Source: a virus (lineage: Duplodnaviria; Caudoviricetes). From it: a stretch of 43,768 bases of DNA. Shown one piece after another: positions 34,360 through 43,169 of this stretch (its first letter is position 1; every line of letters starts with the position of its first letter). Made by a program: the position numbers and the translations under genes. The notes beneath the pieces were generated by a model, which searched no databases, had not been told where the DNA came from, and saw only the letters and a program-made list of their open reading frames with translations. Location: the IMG/VR virus record IMGVR_UViG_3300031176_000060, positions 1 to 43,768 of that record. One strand, 5' to 3'.

Positions 34360-35319
34360 TTACGCTGCCCCTTGCTCCTCATTTCCGTTGGTCTTCGTCA
34401 GATGCTCAGCGACGAGCTTTTTGTACTTGCTCCATGCTGTTTGCAATTTGGACGACGATGTGCTGAGGGAAGCAGCAATTTGTAACCACGATTCGCCATT
34501 CTTGCGGCGGGCCAACAAGGTCGGGAAGTCATAGGGGATGTCTTCAAACGTGGGGGCTTGTCCGCTCAGAATGAATGCCTCCAGTGCATCCTTGTCTACC
34601 GAAGCTGCAGTTTTTTCTGCATCCCCGGATTCTCCTTCTCCTTGGAAGTCATCTTCTTGGTCTTGGACTGAATCACGGTTTTCCTCGATGTCCTCGCCGG
34701 CCGCAATCGTGTTGTCGTTTTCGCCCTTGGCCGTTCCTTTTTCCGGTTCCGCCTTTTCCTTCCCTTGTCTCCACTCGTCCCACTTCTTTGCCAGTGGCGC
34801 AACGCGCTTCCGGTACTCATCGACCAAATCCACGATCTTGCCGCTAGAAATCCCCAGCTCGCTCGCCAGCTTCATATAGGTTTCGCCCTCATGTTTACGC
34901 TTGATGATGGAGTAGAAGTCATAAGGCAAGTCTTCAAAACTGGGAGACAGTCCACTGAGAATAAACTCATCGATCACTTGCAATTCAGCCTTTTCAGTTT
35001 GTTCCTTGGTTGGCACTTTCTCAGGCGGAAGTCCAAGGTCTGCCTCAAGTTGTTCGCCGGTGGGCTTCACTTCGGACACAACGCCTTTATCGTCAACCTT
35101 GTATGTGGTGAGGGGTTCATTCGTTTTTGCGTTGATCGTGATGTTGTAGTTGACGATCAGGGATTCCATCGATACGTCTACTTTGCAATCGATCATCTCG
35201 GAAAGGATGTCCAACTTTCCGTTGAGGCCGTTGTCTGTCACTTCAAGCACGATTTCTTTCTTGCCGCCTGGCTTCAGATTCACTTTCTTGACAACAGATT
35301 GGAAATCAATGTAAGGCAT
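34360..35319 (-). CDS. Phage protein with tandem duplicated HTH-like domains
   Basis: FILSG..P.FED.PYDF.....R...GE.....A..L..SS.K......Y.K.VA occurs twice. Confidence 0.75.
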   Translation of the reverse strand: MPYIDFQSVVKKVNLKPGGKKEIVLEVTDNGLNGKLDILSEMIDCKVDVSMESLIVNYNITINAKTNEPLTTYKVDDKGVVSEVKPTGEQLEADLGLPPEKVPTKEQTEKAELQVIDEFILSGLSPSFEDLPYDFYSIIKRKHEGETYMKLASELGISSGKIVDLVDEYRKRVAPLAKKWDEWRQGKEKAEPEKGTAKGENDNTIAAGEDIEENRDSVQDQEDDFQGEGESGDAEKTAASVDKDALEAFILSGQAPTFEDIPYDFPTLLARRKNGESWLQIAASLSTSSSKLQTAWSKYKKLVAEHLTKTNGNEEQGAA

Positions 35320-35338
35320 GCGAGAATTCCTCCCCGGC

Positions 35339-35773
35339 TTAAATTTCAAGAATCTGGACTTCTACCCGCGGCCGATCGCTATACCATTTGCTGACGGACA
35401 CCTCAACGACCTGGGAATCGTCCTTCCAGACCACGTTTTTCAGCGCATCCTTGATGCCTTTGAGGTAGTTGTCCGCATCAGGCTTGGATGTTGGCCGCAA
35501 CTCCCCGGCCTCCGCCTGCGCTGCCTTCTTCTTGCTGAACGACTTGGGGATTGGACGGTACACATTGACCTTGAGCTGCAAAGGACCTTCAATCAGCTTG
35601 GACGGTGCGTGTTCGCTTGCGACCAATCTGACATAATCTTTGTAATCGCGTGACTTCTGCGGGTCGTACAAGCGGACGAATCCCCCCGCCGTTGATGCCC
35701 GCGGCCTTCCCTGGGCGACAGGTTCTCCGTAGACGGTAAAGCTGATGCTCTGCTTTTCGACTATCGCGCCCAT
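35339..35773 (-). CDS. rusA: Holliday junction resolvase RusA
   Basis: GEPVAQGRPR, KPDADNYLK.IKDAL...VWKDDSQVV. Confidence 0.95.
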   Translation of the reverse strand: MGAIVEKQSISFTVYGEPVAQGRPRASTAGGFVRLYDPQKSRDYKDYVRLVASEHAPSKLIEGPLQLKVNVYRPIPKSFSKKKAAQAEAGELRPTSKPDADNYLKGIKDALKNVVWKDDSQVVEVSVSKWYSDRPRVEVQILEI

Positions 35774-35776
35774 GGT

Positions 35777-35935
35777 CTACGCTCCTTTCCGAAACACTCG
35801 AACCGAGCCTGTTTGCCGGTGAACGATGACCATCTCGGCAGGAGTGTCCCTCTCGACGAACCAGTTGCTTGGATTCAGCTTGTGTTGCTCGATTACTTTC
35901 TTCTGGGCCCGTGTCGGGCGTTTTGGCTGCTTCAT
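35777..35935 (-). CDS. DUF6906-like small phage protein
   Basis: MKQPKRPTRAQK...LNPSNWFVER. Confidence 0.75.
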   Translation of the reverse strand: MKQPKRPTRAQKKVIEQHKLNPSNWFVERDTPAEMVIVHRQTGSVRVFRKGA

Positions 35936-35949
35936 GATCGCTCCCCCTC

Positions 35950-36675
35950 CTACGCCGTCCGTCTTGGCATCCAGGCTTCTACGTAGCGCAGTACCTGCTG
36001 CAGCTCGGTCCGACGTACATCCCGATAGCTGGGCACTCCCCAACGATCTTTGATCTCCCGATACAGTTGCCGGAATAATTCACGGCGCCGCTGTGGATCG
36101 CTCTCCATCTCGTACACCCGGCGGGCAACTGCCTGCTGCAGAATGCGCTGCTCTCCGTGGTCGATGGTGATTTGTTCGTCGACCTTCTGCTCCAGTTCCA
36201 TCAGCTTTTGGCTGTGGGTTTGGGTGATAGATTTAACCTCCTCCATCTCCTCCGCCAATTCTGCCGTCAGCTTGAGGGATTGAATCAGCGCCTGACGTTC
36301 GCTGAGGGGGACGACCTTGTTTTGATCGACAGCGTATGCTCCGGTCTTACGGATAGTAGGGATAACATCGTCAAAAATCCATCTCTCAAAACGTTCCGCC
36401 TTTTCTTTGATCGCTTGGTTCTTACTTTGATCAGCAGCTTTCACGATGAGACGATAGATATCTCCTTCTGGAATGACCTTGACTTCTTGCTCCCCGCCAT
36501 CTGTAAGGACACGGTAAGTTACCGCCCCCTTGCAGTGAGTAGTAACTGCTTCATATGGCCTTGCATATCCAAGCGACTTTGCAACGTCATTGCCGACAGC
36601 ATAAGGTTTGCCATTAATTTCGATCATTCTAATTTGACCGAACTCAGAGTTATCAAAGATCCGAAGTTGTCTCAT
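35950..36675 (-). CDS. BRO-N/ORF6C antirepressor-like protein
   Basis: FDNSEFGQIR, DVAKSLGY, FERWIFDDVIPTIRKTGAY; C-terminal GVPSYRDV. Confidence 0.9.
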   Translation of the reverse strand: MRQLRIFDNSEFGQIRMIEINGKPYAVGNDVAKSLGYARPYEAVTTHCKGAVTYRVLTDGGEQEVKVIPEGDIYRLIVKAADQSKNQAIKEKAERFERWIFDDVIPTIRKTGAYAVDQNKVVPLSERQALIQSLKLTAELAEEMEEVKSITQTHSQKLMELEQKVDEQITIDHGEQRILQQAVARRVYEMESDPQRRRELFRQLYREIKDRWGVPSYRDVRRTELQQVLRYVEAWMPRRTA

Positions 36676-36690
36676 TGTCTCACCCCATCT

Positions 36691-37323
36691 TTATCCGATT
36701 TTCAGTTCAATGAATGATATGTTCGTAGGCAGTTCCACAGTAAGTCGACCAGCAACTGCAAGCCCCCGTTGTGCATCATAAGCTTTCATGTAGCGCATTA
36801 ACTGCTTCAGTGCCTTATTGTCAAAGGCATCCAATTTGACCTCAACCGGTATGACTTCATCTCCCAATTTAACAAATGAATCTGGCCGATTATTTTTTAA
36901 CCCTCGAACGCTAACGATCTCTGCCTCGGGTGATATGAGCTCCTTAACGCGCGATTTAAACAGGTCCTGCAGAGCAAATTCATTTGTTGAAACATCAGAA
37001 ATCCATGTGAGATGAGTTACCATAGTCTCGTAAAGATTATTAAAAGTGGTTATGTTTTTTGGTCCTTGCCAAGAGTGATACAATGTTGAGGCAAGCTTCA
37101 TGCATTCCCAAGCTTTTTTCTTGTTCGCCTTGGAATATTCACTGAGGATTTCTCCTGCTAGAGACAAAATGTCAAAAACATGGACATATAACTTGTCATC
37201 AAAACTTTTTCCGATCTCCAGCACCTCGCACACATCACGGGCCACGAACCAAGGTTCACCATCCCGCAGAACAACTCGTACCTGCTTATCCTGAAAACTG
37301 AAAACGTTTTGAAGTGCTTGCAT
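36691..37323 (-). CDS. Partial BRO-N fused to a PD-(D/E)XK nuclease-like domain
   Basis: VRVVLRDGEPWFVARDVCEVLEI then AT-rich segment with RPD....PVEVK.......QL.RY. Confidence 0.7.
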   Translation of the reverse strand: MQALQNVFSFQDKQVRVVLRDGEPWFVARDVCEVLEIGKSFDDKLYVHVFDILSLAGEILSEYSKANKKKAWECMKLASTLYHSWQGPKNITTFNNLYETMVTHLTWISDVSTNEFALQDLFKSRVKELISPEAEIVSVRGLKNNRPDSFVKLGDEVIPVEVKLDAFDNKALKQLMRYMKAYDAQRGLAVAGRLTVELPTNISFIELKIG

Positions 37324-37328
37324 GTTTG

Positions 37329-38228
37329 TCACCCTCCCGCTGTTTGTTGTTTGGCTCGCAGTTTCGACAATAGACCACTTAACTCAGGGTCATCCTTAAC
37401 GCCCATAGGGGTCCCCGTTTCGATCCGATCACCCTGGCGCTGCTGCCACTGCACTGAGGCCGGGAGCTTGTCCTCAAGAGGCGTAACTCTCCTCGCCGTT
37501 CTTTCCTCTCGCCGGCGTTTAATGGCTACTTTCTCTGCTTCCACGGCTTCCAGGGTTTTATATCCCTTGTTCAGCCAGTCCTTGAGGATAGAAGTTACAT
37601 ACGACCATCTTGTTTGATTTTGTACCAATGCTCTTTTCATCGCTTCTACGACGAGCTGATCTCCCATCTCCTCGCACCACTGTGTCATGTCTTGGACAAT
37701 GAAAGGACTCATGACCCCGAAGTTGTTTTGATAAAAGGTGAATGGGTCGTCACCGGTTACAGCAGCAGATTCTTTTGTTTCGTTTTGTTTAGTTTCGTTT
37801 AGTTTAATAATGGATGCGGTTTGTGACGCACTTTGTGTCGCGGTTTGTTCTCGGTTTGTGATGCGGTTTGTGTCGCTTAAACCGACGCAATGGTCTATCT
37901 CGTATGTTTGTGATGCGGTTTGTGACGCACTTTGTGTCGTTTTTTCAGACGCAAACGGAATGATTCTGTACACGGCTGATTGTTGGCCTGACCTGCTTCT
38001 AAACTCAATTCTCCCGGCTTGTTGAAGGCGATGGCGTGCCCTGTTGACCGCATCCTTCTTTAACCCTGTTTTTACAGATAGGGTCGATATGGCTACCGCA
38101 AACTCTGGTACCCATCCAGCCTTGTTGTTTATGTGCATCAAGGCATGCCATAAAACAATCGCTGAATCAGGTATTGGGTTTGTTTCGAGCCAATCGTAGA
38201 AGGCGTTGATCTCCTGAATGTAGTTCAA
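37329..38228 (-). CDS. Phage replication initiator, DnaD-domain protein
   Basis: MNYIQEINAFYDWL N-terminal wHTH; FYQNNFG, YVTSILKDW...G.KT DnaD motif. Confidence 0.9.
   Translation of the reverse strand: MNYIQEINAFYDWLETNPIPDSAIVLWHALMHINNKAGWVPEFAVAISTLSVKTGLKKDAVNRARHRLQQAGRIEFRSRSGQQSAVYRIIPFASEKTTQSASQTASQTYEIDHCVGLSDTNRITNREQTATQSASQTASIIKLNETKQNETKESAAVTGDDPFTFYQNNFGVMSPFIVQDMTQWCEEMGDQLVVEAMKRALVQNQTRWSYVTSILKDWLNKGYKTLEAVEAEKVAIKRRREERTARRVTPLEDKLPASVQWQQRQGDRIETGTPMGVKDDPELSGLLSKLRAKQQTAGG
37772..37939. repeat. Iteron cluster plus AT-rich tract: probable phage origin
   Basis: GATGCGGTTTGTGACGCACTTTGTGTCG at 37813 and 37912, further 12-nt-periodic GGTTTGT units, T-rich tract 37772-37805. 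Confidence 0.8.
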
Positions 38229-38398
38229 CCGTTTTCACCTCGCCTTTCAGCCAAAACCCTGTAGTTTTTGATCTTGAGGGGCTTCCACCCCGGATACCGA
38301 CTTGACATATATGCGGCTGCATAACGCTTGAGAGTTTCGGTATTCGTGAATGTCCGGTACAAATCCGGGAGTGGAAACCATTGCGTCCGTTCGTTCAT
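38225..38398 (-). CDS. Hypothetical 57-aa protein (not in ORF track)
   Basis: MNERTQWFPLPDLY...RYPGWKPLKIK; ATGA and TTGA overlaps with both neighbours. Confidence 0.7.
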   Translation of the reverse strand: MNERTQWFPLPDLYRTFTNTETLKRYAAAYMSSRYPGWKPLKIKNYRVLAERRGENG

Positions 38399-39279
38399 CT
38401 CGATCCAAACAATGAGTCAATCTCAGCAGGATCAAATTCTGCCGATGCTTGATGATCTACCTGGCTTTCTTCTGATGGTTCGTTTGTTTCAGAATCTGGC
38501 CCCGGTTCGTCGTCGATAACCTGGAAATCCGTGTCGATCACGACGGGATTCGTTTCAGAGGCTACATTCTCTTGTGGCTCGGATTCTTCGTTATATGCTT
38601 GCTGCATCTCAATGGAGAGAATGCCCCACTTGGAAAGCATGTTGCGGATGACGGTCTTCTTTGCCATCGCGTCGTAATCGTTTTTCCAACCGAAATCACT
38701 CTTTGAAAACTTCTTCCGATGTGCTTCAATCTGTTCTTTCGTCCAGTACACCGTCTTGCGGAATCCGTTGATCAATTCGAAGTAGCCGGCGTAGCCAATA
38801 ATGGAATCCGACTTTTTCTTTTCAAAATCGATGATCAATTCTTCTGTAAGTGGATTCCACTTCTGCAGTTCGCCCTGGTGCACTTCAAGCACATTGATCG
38901 CCTTGTACTTGGCCGTTCGGAGAGCCAATTGGATGTAGCCCTTGTACCCCAACTGAAACTGTGCGATCTGCCGTCCCGATTTGTCTTTGTACGGCACCAC
39001 CCAGGCGTAGCCAAGGTTTTTATCGATGGGTAGGTCCAATGTTGCGGCTACCATTGCCGACGAAATGACACTCATCGGTTCACACTTCTGCAGGTACCCA
39101 TCGGACGCATAGAGATTCACAATGCTGCTCATGAACTGAGGTGCACGCTTATCCAGGATCTCTTCAAAGCGCTTTTTGATACTTGGTGAATCCAAAATCG
39201 ACTTGATCGCAGCGGTTGGTGATGGTGTTTTACTCGTGCTATTTTGTAGCTGGTTTTTCAGGCTTGCGTTTGTCGCCAT
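38395..39279 (-). CDS. recT: RecT-family recombinase
   Basis: LDLPIDKNLGYAWVVPY, AQFQLGYKGYIQLALR, DAMAKKTV. Confidence 0.95.
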   Translation of the reverse strand: MATNASLKNQLQNSTSKTPSPTAAIKSILDSPSIKKRFEEILDKRAPQFMSSIVNLYASDGYLQKCEPMSVISSAMVAATLDLPIDKNLGYAWVVPYKDKSGRQIAQFQLGYKGYIQLALRTAKYKAINVLEVHQGELQKWNPLTEELIIDFEKKKSDSIIGYAGYFELINGFRKTVYWTKEQIEAHRKKFSKSDFGWKNDYDAMAKKTVIRNMLSKWGILSIEMQQAYNEESEPQENVASETNPVVIDTDFQVIDDEPGPDSETNEPSEESQVDHQASAEFDPAEIDSLFGSR

Positions 39280-39290
39280 GTCTTTCCCTC

Positions 39291-40229
39291 CTATGCCGTT
39301 GGCTTGATTCCAAACCGACGGGAGACGGATGATTTGAGATACTGCTTGTAGATGTCGGGCCGCTCCTTCGCCAGTCTTTTACTATCCACTCGCTCTGACG
39401 TGACTGTCTTCCACGTGACAATGTGATTTTTGGCAACGCCGATTTCGTTCTCACCCAGCAGGGCTTTCAGCTTGTTTTCCAACTCGCTTACACGTTCGTC
39501 CGCTGCCTTTTGGTGCGCTTTCGCCTCTTCCAACTCAGCAATAAGTTGATCGGCCTCTGACGGTAAGGGAACCTCGTTCTTATTACCAACGGGATACATC
39601 TTGTTCAACAACTCCGTGGAAGCTGCCGAGCCATCCATCTCCGGCGGCACCTGCGGTACGACGTGATTGTTCCAGAAGTCAGATTCAATCTGGATGATCT
39701 GCTGAATCAGCTCGTCGTCCCGCTCGATCTTCTTGTACACGAATTTGTTGCCGCCAATCAGCACCGCGATCCACCAGGCATCGTACCCGGTTACGGCCAT
39801 ATAGTGCTGGCACTGAAGCAGGTACGGCGCCGGAACCTCTTCGCCTTCCCATTCCACCTTGAGGTATTCGCTGGCCGTCTTACACTCCAGGCCGGCTTTT
39901 TGCCCGACGATCAGCCGGTCGATGTTGGCGATCATGAACGGGTAATCCGGGTGCTGCAGGATTTGATTGCAACGCCTTACTTTCATGCCGGTTCGCAGAC
40001 TGAACTCTTCAGCGACGAGGACCTCTTGTTTTGTTCCCCAGTAGGCCGCCTCGCTCTGCGTTTCTTCCAGAGGAGCTTGTCCCGTTTTTTCAAGCCACAC
40101 CTGAACAGGTGACTTCCATTTGCTCAGGCCGGCGATTGCTGCGGCGTCGCTGCCGCCGATGCCTTTGGTACGGAGTTTCAGCCAAATCTCACGGTCCATG
40201 TCTTTCGTTGATGCGATGGCAACTGCCAT
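39291..40229 (-). CDS. yqaJ: YqaJ/lambda-exonuclease-family recombination nuclease
   Basis: GIGGSDAA, ANIDR, LECKTA, QCQHYMAV. Confidence 0.95.
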   Translation of the reverse strand: MAVAIASTKDMDREIWLKLRTKGIGGSDAAAIAGLSKWKSPVQVWLEKTGQAPLEETQSEAAYWGTKQEVLVAEEFSLRTGMKVRRCNQILQHPDYPFMIANIDRLIVGQKAGLECKTASEYLKVEWEGEEVPAPYLLQCQHYMAVTGYDAWWIAVLIGGNKFVYKKIERDDELIQQIIQIESDFWNNHVVPQVPPEMDGSAASTELLNKMYPVGNKNEVPLPSEADQLIAELEEAKAHQKAADERVSELENKLKALLGENEIGVAKNHIVTWKTVTSERVDSKRLAKERPDIYKQYLKSSVSRRFGIKPTA

Positions 40230-40308
40230 GGTATCCCTCCTCTTGATTTTTAGAGGCGAACACGCTACGCTTGAAATAGCTCAATCTTGCATAGCGTTTC
40301 ACCGAGAC

Positions 40309-40515
40309 TCAGCGTGGCCGCGCTGGGTCTTTTGCTTTTATTGCTGCCTGGATGTCATCTAAGCACCAACCGGTTAGTTTCTTTTCGTATTCCTGCCCTG
40401 CTTTGCATGTCGCGATGATTGTTGTAGTGCCGTATGCATTCAGCGCTTCCTTTGGCGTTTCCATCGGAAGGTATACAAAGCAGCGTTGCCCGCAAAACTT
40501 GCAATATGGTCCCAT
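40309..40515 (-). CDS. Hypothetical Cys-containing protein
   Basis: AGGAGGG RBS; MGPYCKFCGQRC. Confidence 0.7.
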   Translation of the reverse strand: MGPYCKFCGQRCFVYLPMETPKEALNAYGTTTIIATCKAGQEYEKKLTGWCLDDIQAAIKAKDPARPR

Positions 40516-40537
40516 GTTTTCCCTCCTTTCCGCTTAG

Positions 40538-40845
40538 TCACGAGGCCGCCGGCAGCCCTTCCCGCACTGCCAGCAGTTGCAACCCTCTGTTGCCCACTCT
40601 TGACCTCGCTATGTAGTCGCAGGGCGGGCAGGGAATCGAACCCTGCAAACAGTTGACTAGTCTCGTTTTCCTGGTAACCCGCGATTGCGGTCTTTAGGTT
40701 TCCGCGCAACTGTTGAGGTATGACTCATGCGTTTACCCTTTCCGCCACCGCCCTGGGAGGTTCCGACCTCCGTGGAAGCATCGACTGATTCGGGGACTGC
40801 TGCACTTAATTTTGTCGATGCTCCCACGCAGGCCGAAGCCCGCGT
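40538..40845 (-). ncRNA. Candidate ~300-nt structured RNA in early operon
   Basis: No convincing ORF; consecutive hairpins including cUUCGg, a 14-bp stem and a T-arm-like GCAGGG-TTCGATT-CCCTGC. Confidence 0.45.
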
Positions 40846-41069
40846 CATTTCAAAAGGCGTCTGGCCTGTTCTCTTACTCCGTCAACGAACTCCTCCGGCG
40901 CCATCGTCGCTTTCATATCCACCAGGTACTCCAGCTCCTCGATCACGTCCCGGACCGTCCATTCCAGGTCGTCGCGGTCATCGTCGAACGCGATTGGATG
41001 CAGCAGCCGTTGCCTGGTCGGTTCGGTTCGCTCGACGTATTGCGGGAAATCAAGCAGTTGCTCGAGCAT
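40845..41069 (-). CDS. Hypothetical protein
   Basis: GGAGG RBS; overlaps upstream gene. Confidence 0.65.
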   Translation of the reverse strand: MLEQLLDFPQYVERTEPTRQRLLHPIAFDDDRDDLEWTVRDVIEELEYLVDMKATMAPEEFVDGVREQARRLLK

Positions 41070-41286
41070 TCCGTATCGCCTCCTGCAACGCGGCAAGTTC
41101 TTGGGCCCGCCACTCAATTTCGTAAGAGAGATCGCGCTTGTGAGCGTACAACTCCTCGCGCAGACGTTTCAGCTTGACGTACTCCACATCCACCGCCCGC
41201 CATTCGTCGTCAGCTTCGCGGTAGGCTTGCTCCAGGTTGATAAGCTCGCGCTGCAGATCAGCAATTTGTGCGGAAAGAGGTTTCAT
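41050..41286 (-). CDS. Hypothetical coiled-coil protein
   Basis: AGGAGG RBS before ATG 41286. Confidence 0.7.
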   Translation of the reverse strand: MKPLSAQIADLQRELINLEQAYREADDEWRAVDVEYVKLKRLREELYAHKRDLSYEIEWRAQELAALQEAIRNARATA

Positions 41287-41352
41287 GGCTTGTCCTCCTT
41301 TATGAAGCTGTGGTACGCTACCAGTGACCAATATTTTTGAAGCGTCTATCTC

Positions 41353-41487
41353 TTAGGCGCTTTTTTCTTTTTCTGCCTTCAGATAAAGCTCGACCATTTC
41401 CCCAATCGTGATCACATTTCGACCAAGGGGTCGGTCCGCGTCGCAAACCAGTTCGATCACTCCTGCTGCTGTTGTCAGGTCTTTCAT
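41353..41487 (-). CDS. Hypothetical 44-aa protein (not in ORF track)
   Basis: MKDLTTAAGVIELVCDADRP...; GGAGGAG RBS, ATGA overlap. Confidence 0.6.
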   Translation of the reverse strand: MKDLTTAAGVIELVCDADRPLGRNVITIGEMVELYLKAEKEKSA

Positions 41488-41654
41488 GCTTCTTTCTCCT
41501 CCCTCGCTTCAAGGTATTGTCGGTTCAGGATCAAACGATTGCGGTACTCTTTTAATGCCCTGCGCCCGCCCGGGTACTTGGACGCTGCTGCTGCATCGTG
41601 GACAAAGTGCTTTTCGTGAGCTTCCTGCGCCAGTCGGTTCCAGTCCTTCATCAT
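41484..41654 (-). CDS. Hypothetical 56-aa protein (not in ORF track)
   Basis: MMKDWNRLAQEAHEKH...; GGAGGG RBS, ATGA overlaps on both sides. Confidence 0.6.
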   Translation of the reverse strand: MMKDWNRLAQEAHEKHFVHDAAAASKYPGGRRALKEYRNRLILNRQYLEAREEKEA

Positions 41655-42283
41655 CGGCTTGTCCCTCCCATCATCAAAGCTTCCTGCCTCTCCCGGCGCA
41701 TCAACTCGCGCGGATCACTGACGACGATTTCCAAGGCCCGCGCTTCTGCAAGCCAGTTATGCTGATGTATTACCGGGTCGATTCCGTATCTCTCGTCCAT
41801 CAGGATATGAACGTCGTCTCCAGCCTGGAAAAGGTCCTCGATCTGCTTACCGAGGTGCGTCAGTATCCGTTCGTCGTCTTGCGTTATCGGCTGCCACGGG
41901 CGCCGGGTTCGCTCCCACTCGATCACGGCTTCCGCTTCTTTGATCACGTCCCGACACTGTTTGATCAGATTATTGAGTGAGACCGTCAGGCTACCCATCA
42001 GACGCGGATCAGTTGGCGGCGGAGCGTCGCCGTACAAGTGCTTGAGCATTCGTATTGCATAGTGATTGCCGCATGCTTGAACGAAGTCCTCGGCGTCTTC
42101 CCGCATCGGAGTGGTCCGGCCGTTGATCACATCAGACACCCACCTGGCCGATCGGCCGATCTTCTTTCCGAGCGTTTCGTACGTCAACTGTTCGCCTGTT
42201 CTTTGGTGGCGAAACGCATACTCGCAGATGTCATGTATCCGCGACCGCGAATACAGCGAGATTGGTTCGTTACTGTTCCCCAT
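41651..42283 (-). CDS. XRE-like HTH phage regulator
   Basis: LTYETLGKKIGRSARWVSDVING.T.P. Confidence 0.8.
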   Translation of the reverse strand: MGNSNEPISLYSRSRIHDICEYAFRHQRTGEQLTYETLGKKIGRSARWVSDVINGRTTPMREDAEDFVQACGNHYAIRMLKHLYGDAPPPTDPRLMGSLTVSLNNLIKQCRDVIKEAEAVIEWERTRRPWQPITQDDERILTHLGKQIEDLFQAGDDVHILMDERYGIDPVIHQHNWLAEARALEIVVSDPRELMRRERQEALMMGGTSR

Positions 42284-42522
42284 CTGTTCCCCTCTTTTCT
42301 TAATGGTTTTCAAGATACGATGTGATTGTGCTCATCTTCCAAGCGCTCCCTCGGCAACCCACCGAGGGGCTTTCTTTGAAAACTCCCGCCAGGCCGAAAG
42401 AAATGCTTGGCGCCGGGCTTTGGTAGGACTTTCCACCCATTTCGTCGAATCTGTATGTCGGAAGAACGTGAACTTTGGCGAGTGGCGTTCTTCTGATGTC
42501 GGAAATGGAAGGTGGTGGAGTG

Positions 42523-42726
42523 ATGGATATTGACTTTAAAGACTTAGAAGAGACTGTTATCAAAAGATTTCAAGAAACATTAACGAATCCTGATAGTGGA
42601 ACGGCTAAGTTAGTCTTACAACACGCTAGAATTTCGGCCAGAATAGCTACTATGGTTTTGCAAGAGTATCATCGCAGACTGCAGTCGATCCAAAACGAAG
42701 CTCGCTCTCAAGCCGATCAGCAATAG
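42523..42726 (+). CDS. Hypothetical protein (antisense moron)
   Basis: GGTGGTGGAG RBS; LQEYHR motif. Confidence 0.6.
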   Translation: MDIDFKDLEETVIKRFQETLTNPDSGTAKLVLQHARISARIATMVLQEYHRRLQSIQNEARSQADQQ

Positions 42727-42865
42727 CCTTGATGGTTTTTTCGATGTCACAACCGGTATTGATATTGATTAATGGTGTGACTATCACATTTGGCTGAATT
42801 GTTTTTTTCAGTTCAGCCACTTCTTCCCGCACAATCTCGCGGATGCGTTGCTCGGTCAGTTCCAT
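42650..42865 (-). CDS. Hypothetical protein
   Basis: GAGGTG RBS; EQRIREIVREEV; overlaps convergent gene by 77 nt. Confidence 0.55.
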   Translation of the reverse strand: MELTEQRIREIVREEVAELKKTIQPNVIVTPLININTGCDIEKTIKAIADRLESELRFGSTAVCDDTLAKP

Positions 42866-42955
42866 GCTTTCACCTCTTTTATTGGAGTTGTCCACCGGTT
42901 CCAGTGTTGACCGATGCCATGAGACTTTATATGAGATATGGAGGTTGGTGATAAA

Positions 42956-43144
42956 ATGAGTGAGAAAAATCATGAAATTATTCATGACCTCACAATTTTG
43001 TATATGAAAAACTCTGTAAAACTAGCTGACTATAGTACCCCTGAAGATTATGCTCGTATTTACTTGGAGAACTACTACAAAATCCAAAAAGCATTTACTG
43101 AATCAAAAAGCACGATAGTAGCTGATGTGTTTGGGAAAAAGTAG
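42956..43144 (+). CDS. Hypothetical protein (antisense moron)
   Basis: GGAGGTTGGTG RBS; HDLTILYM...TPEDY..Y. Confidence 0.65.
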   Translation: MSEKNHEIIHDLTILYMKNSVKLADYSTPEDYARIYLENYYKIQKAFTESKSTIVADVFGKK

Positions 43145-43169
43145 CACCACTTTTGATGAATAGGGTCTG

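Noticed and set aside
40615-40690. tRNA gene suggested by GGTTCGATTCC
   Set aside because: Only a T-arm-like hairpin; I could not build D arm, anticodon arm and a proper acceptor stem. Kept as part of the structured-RNA candidate
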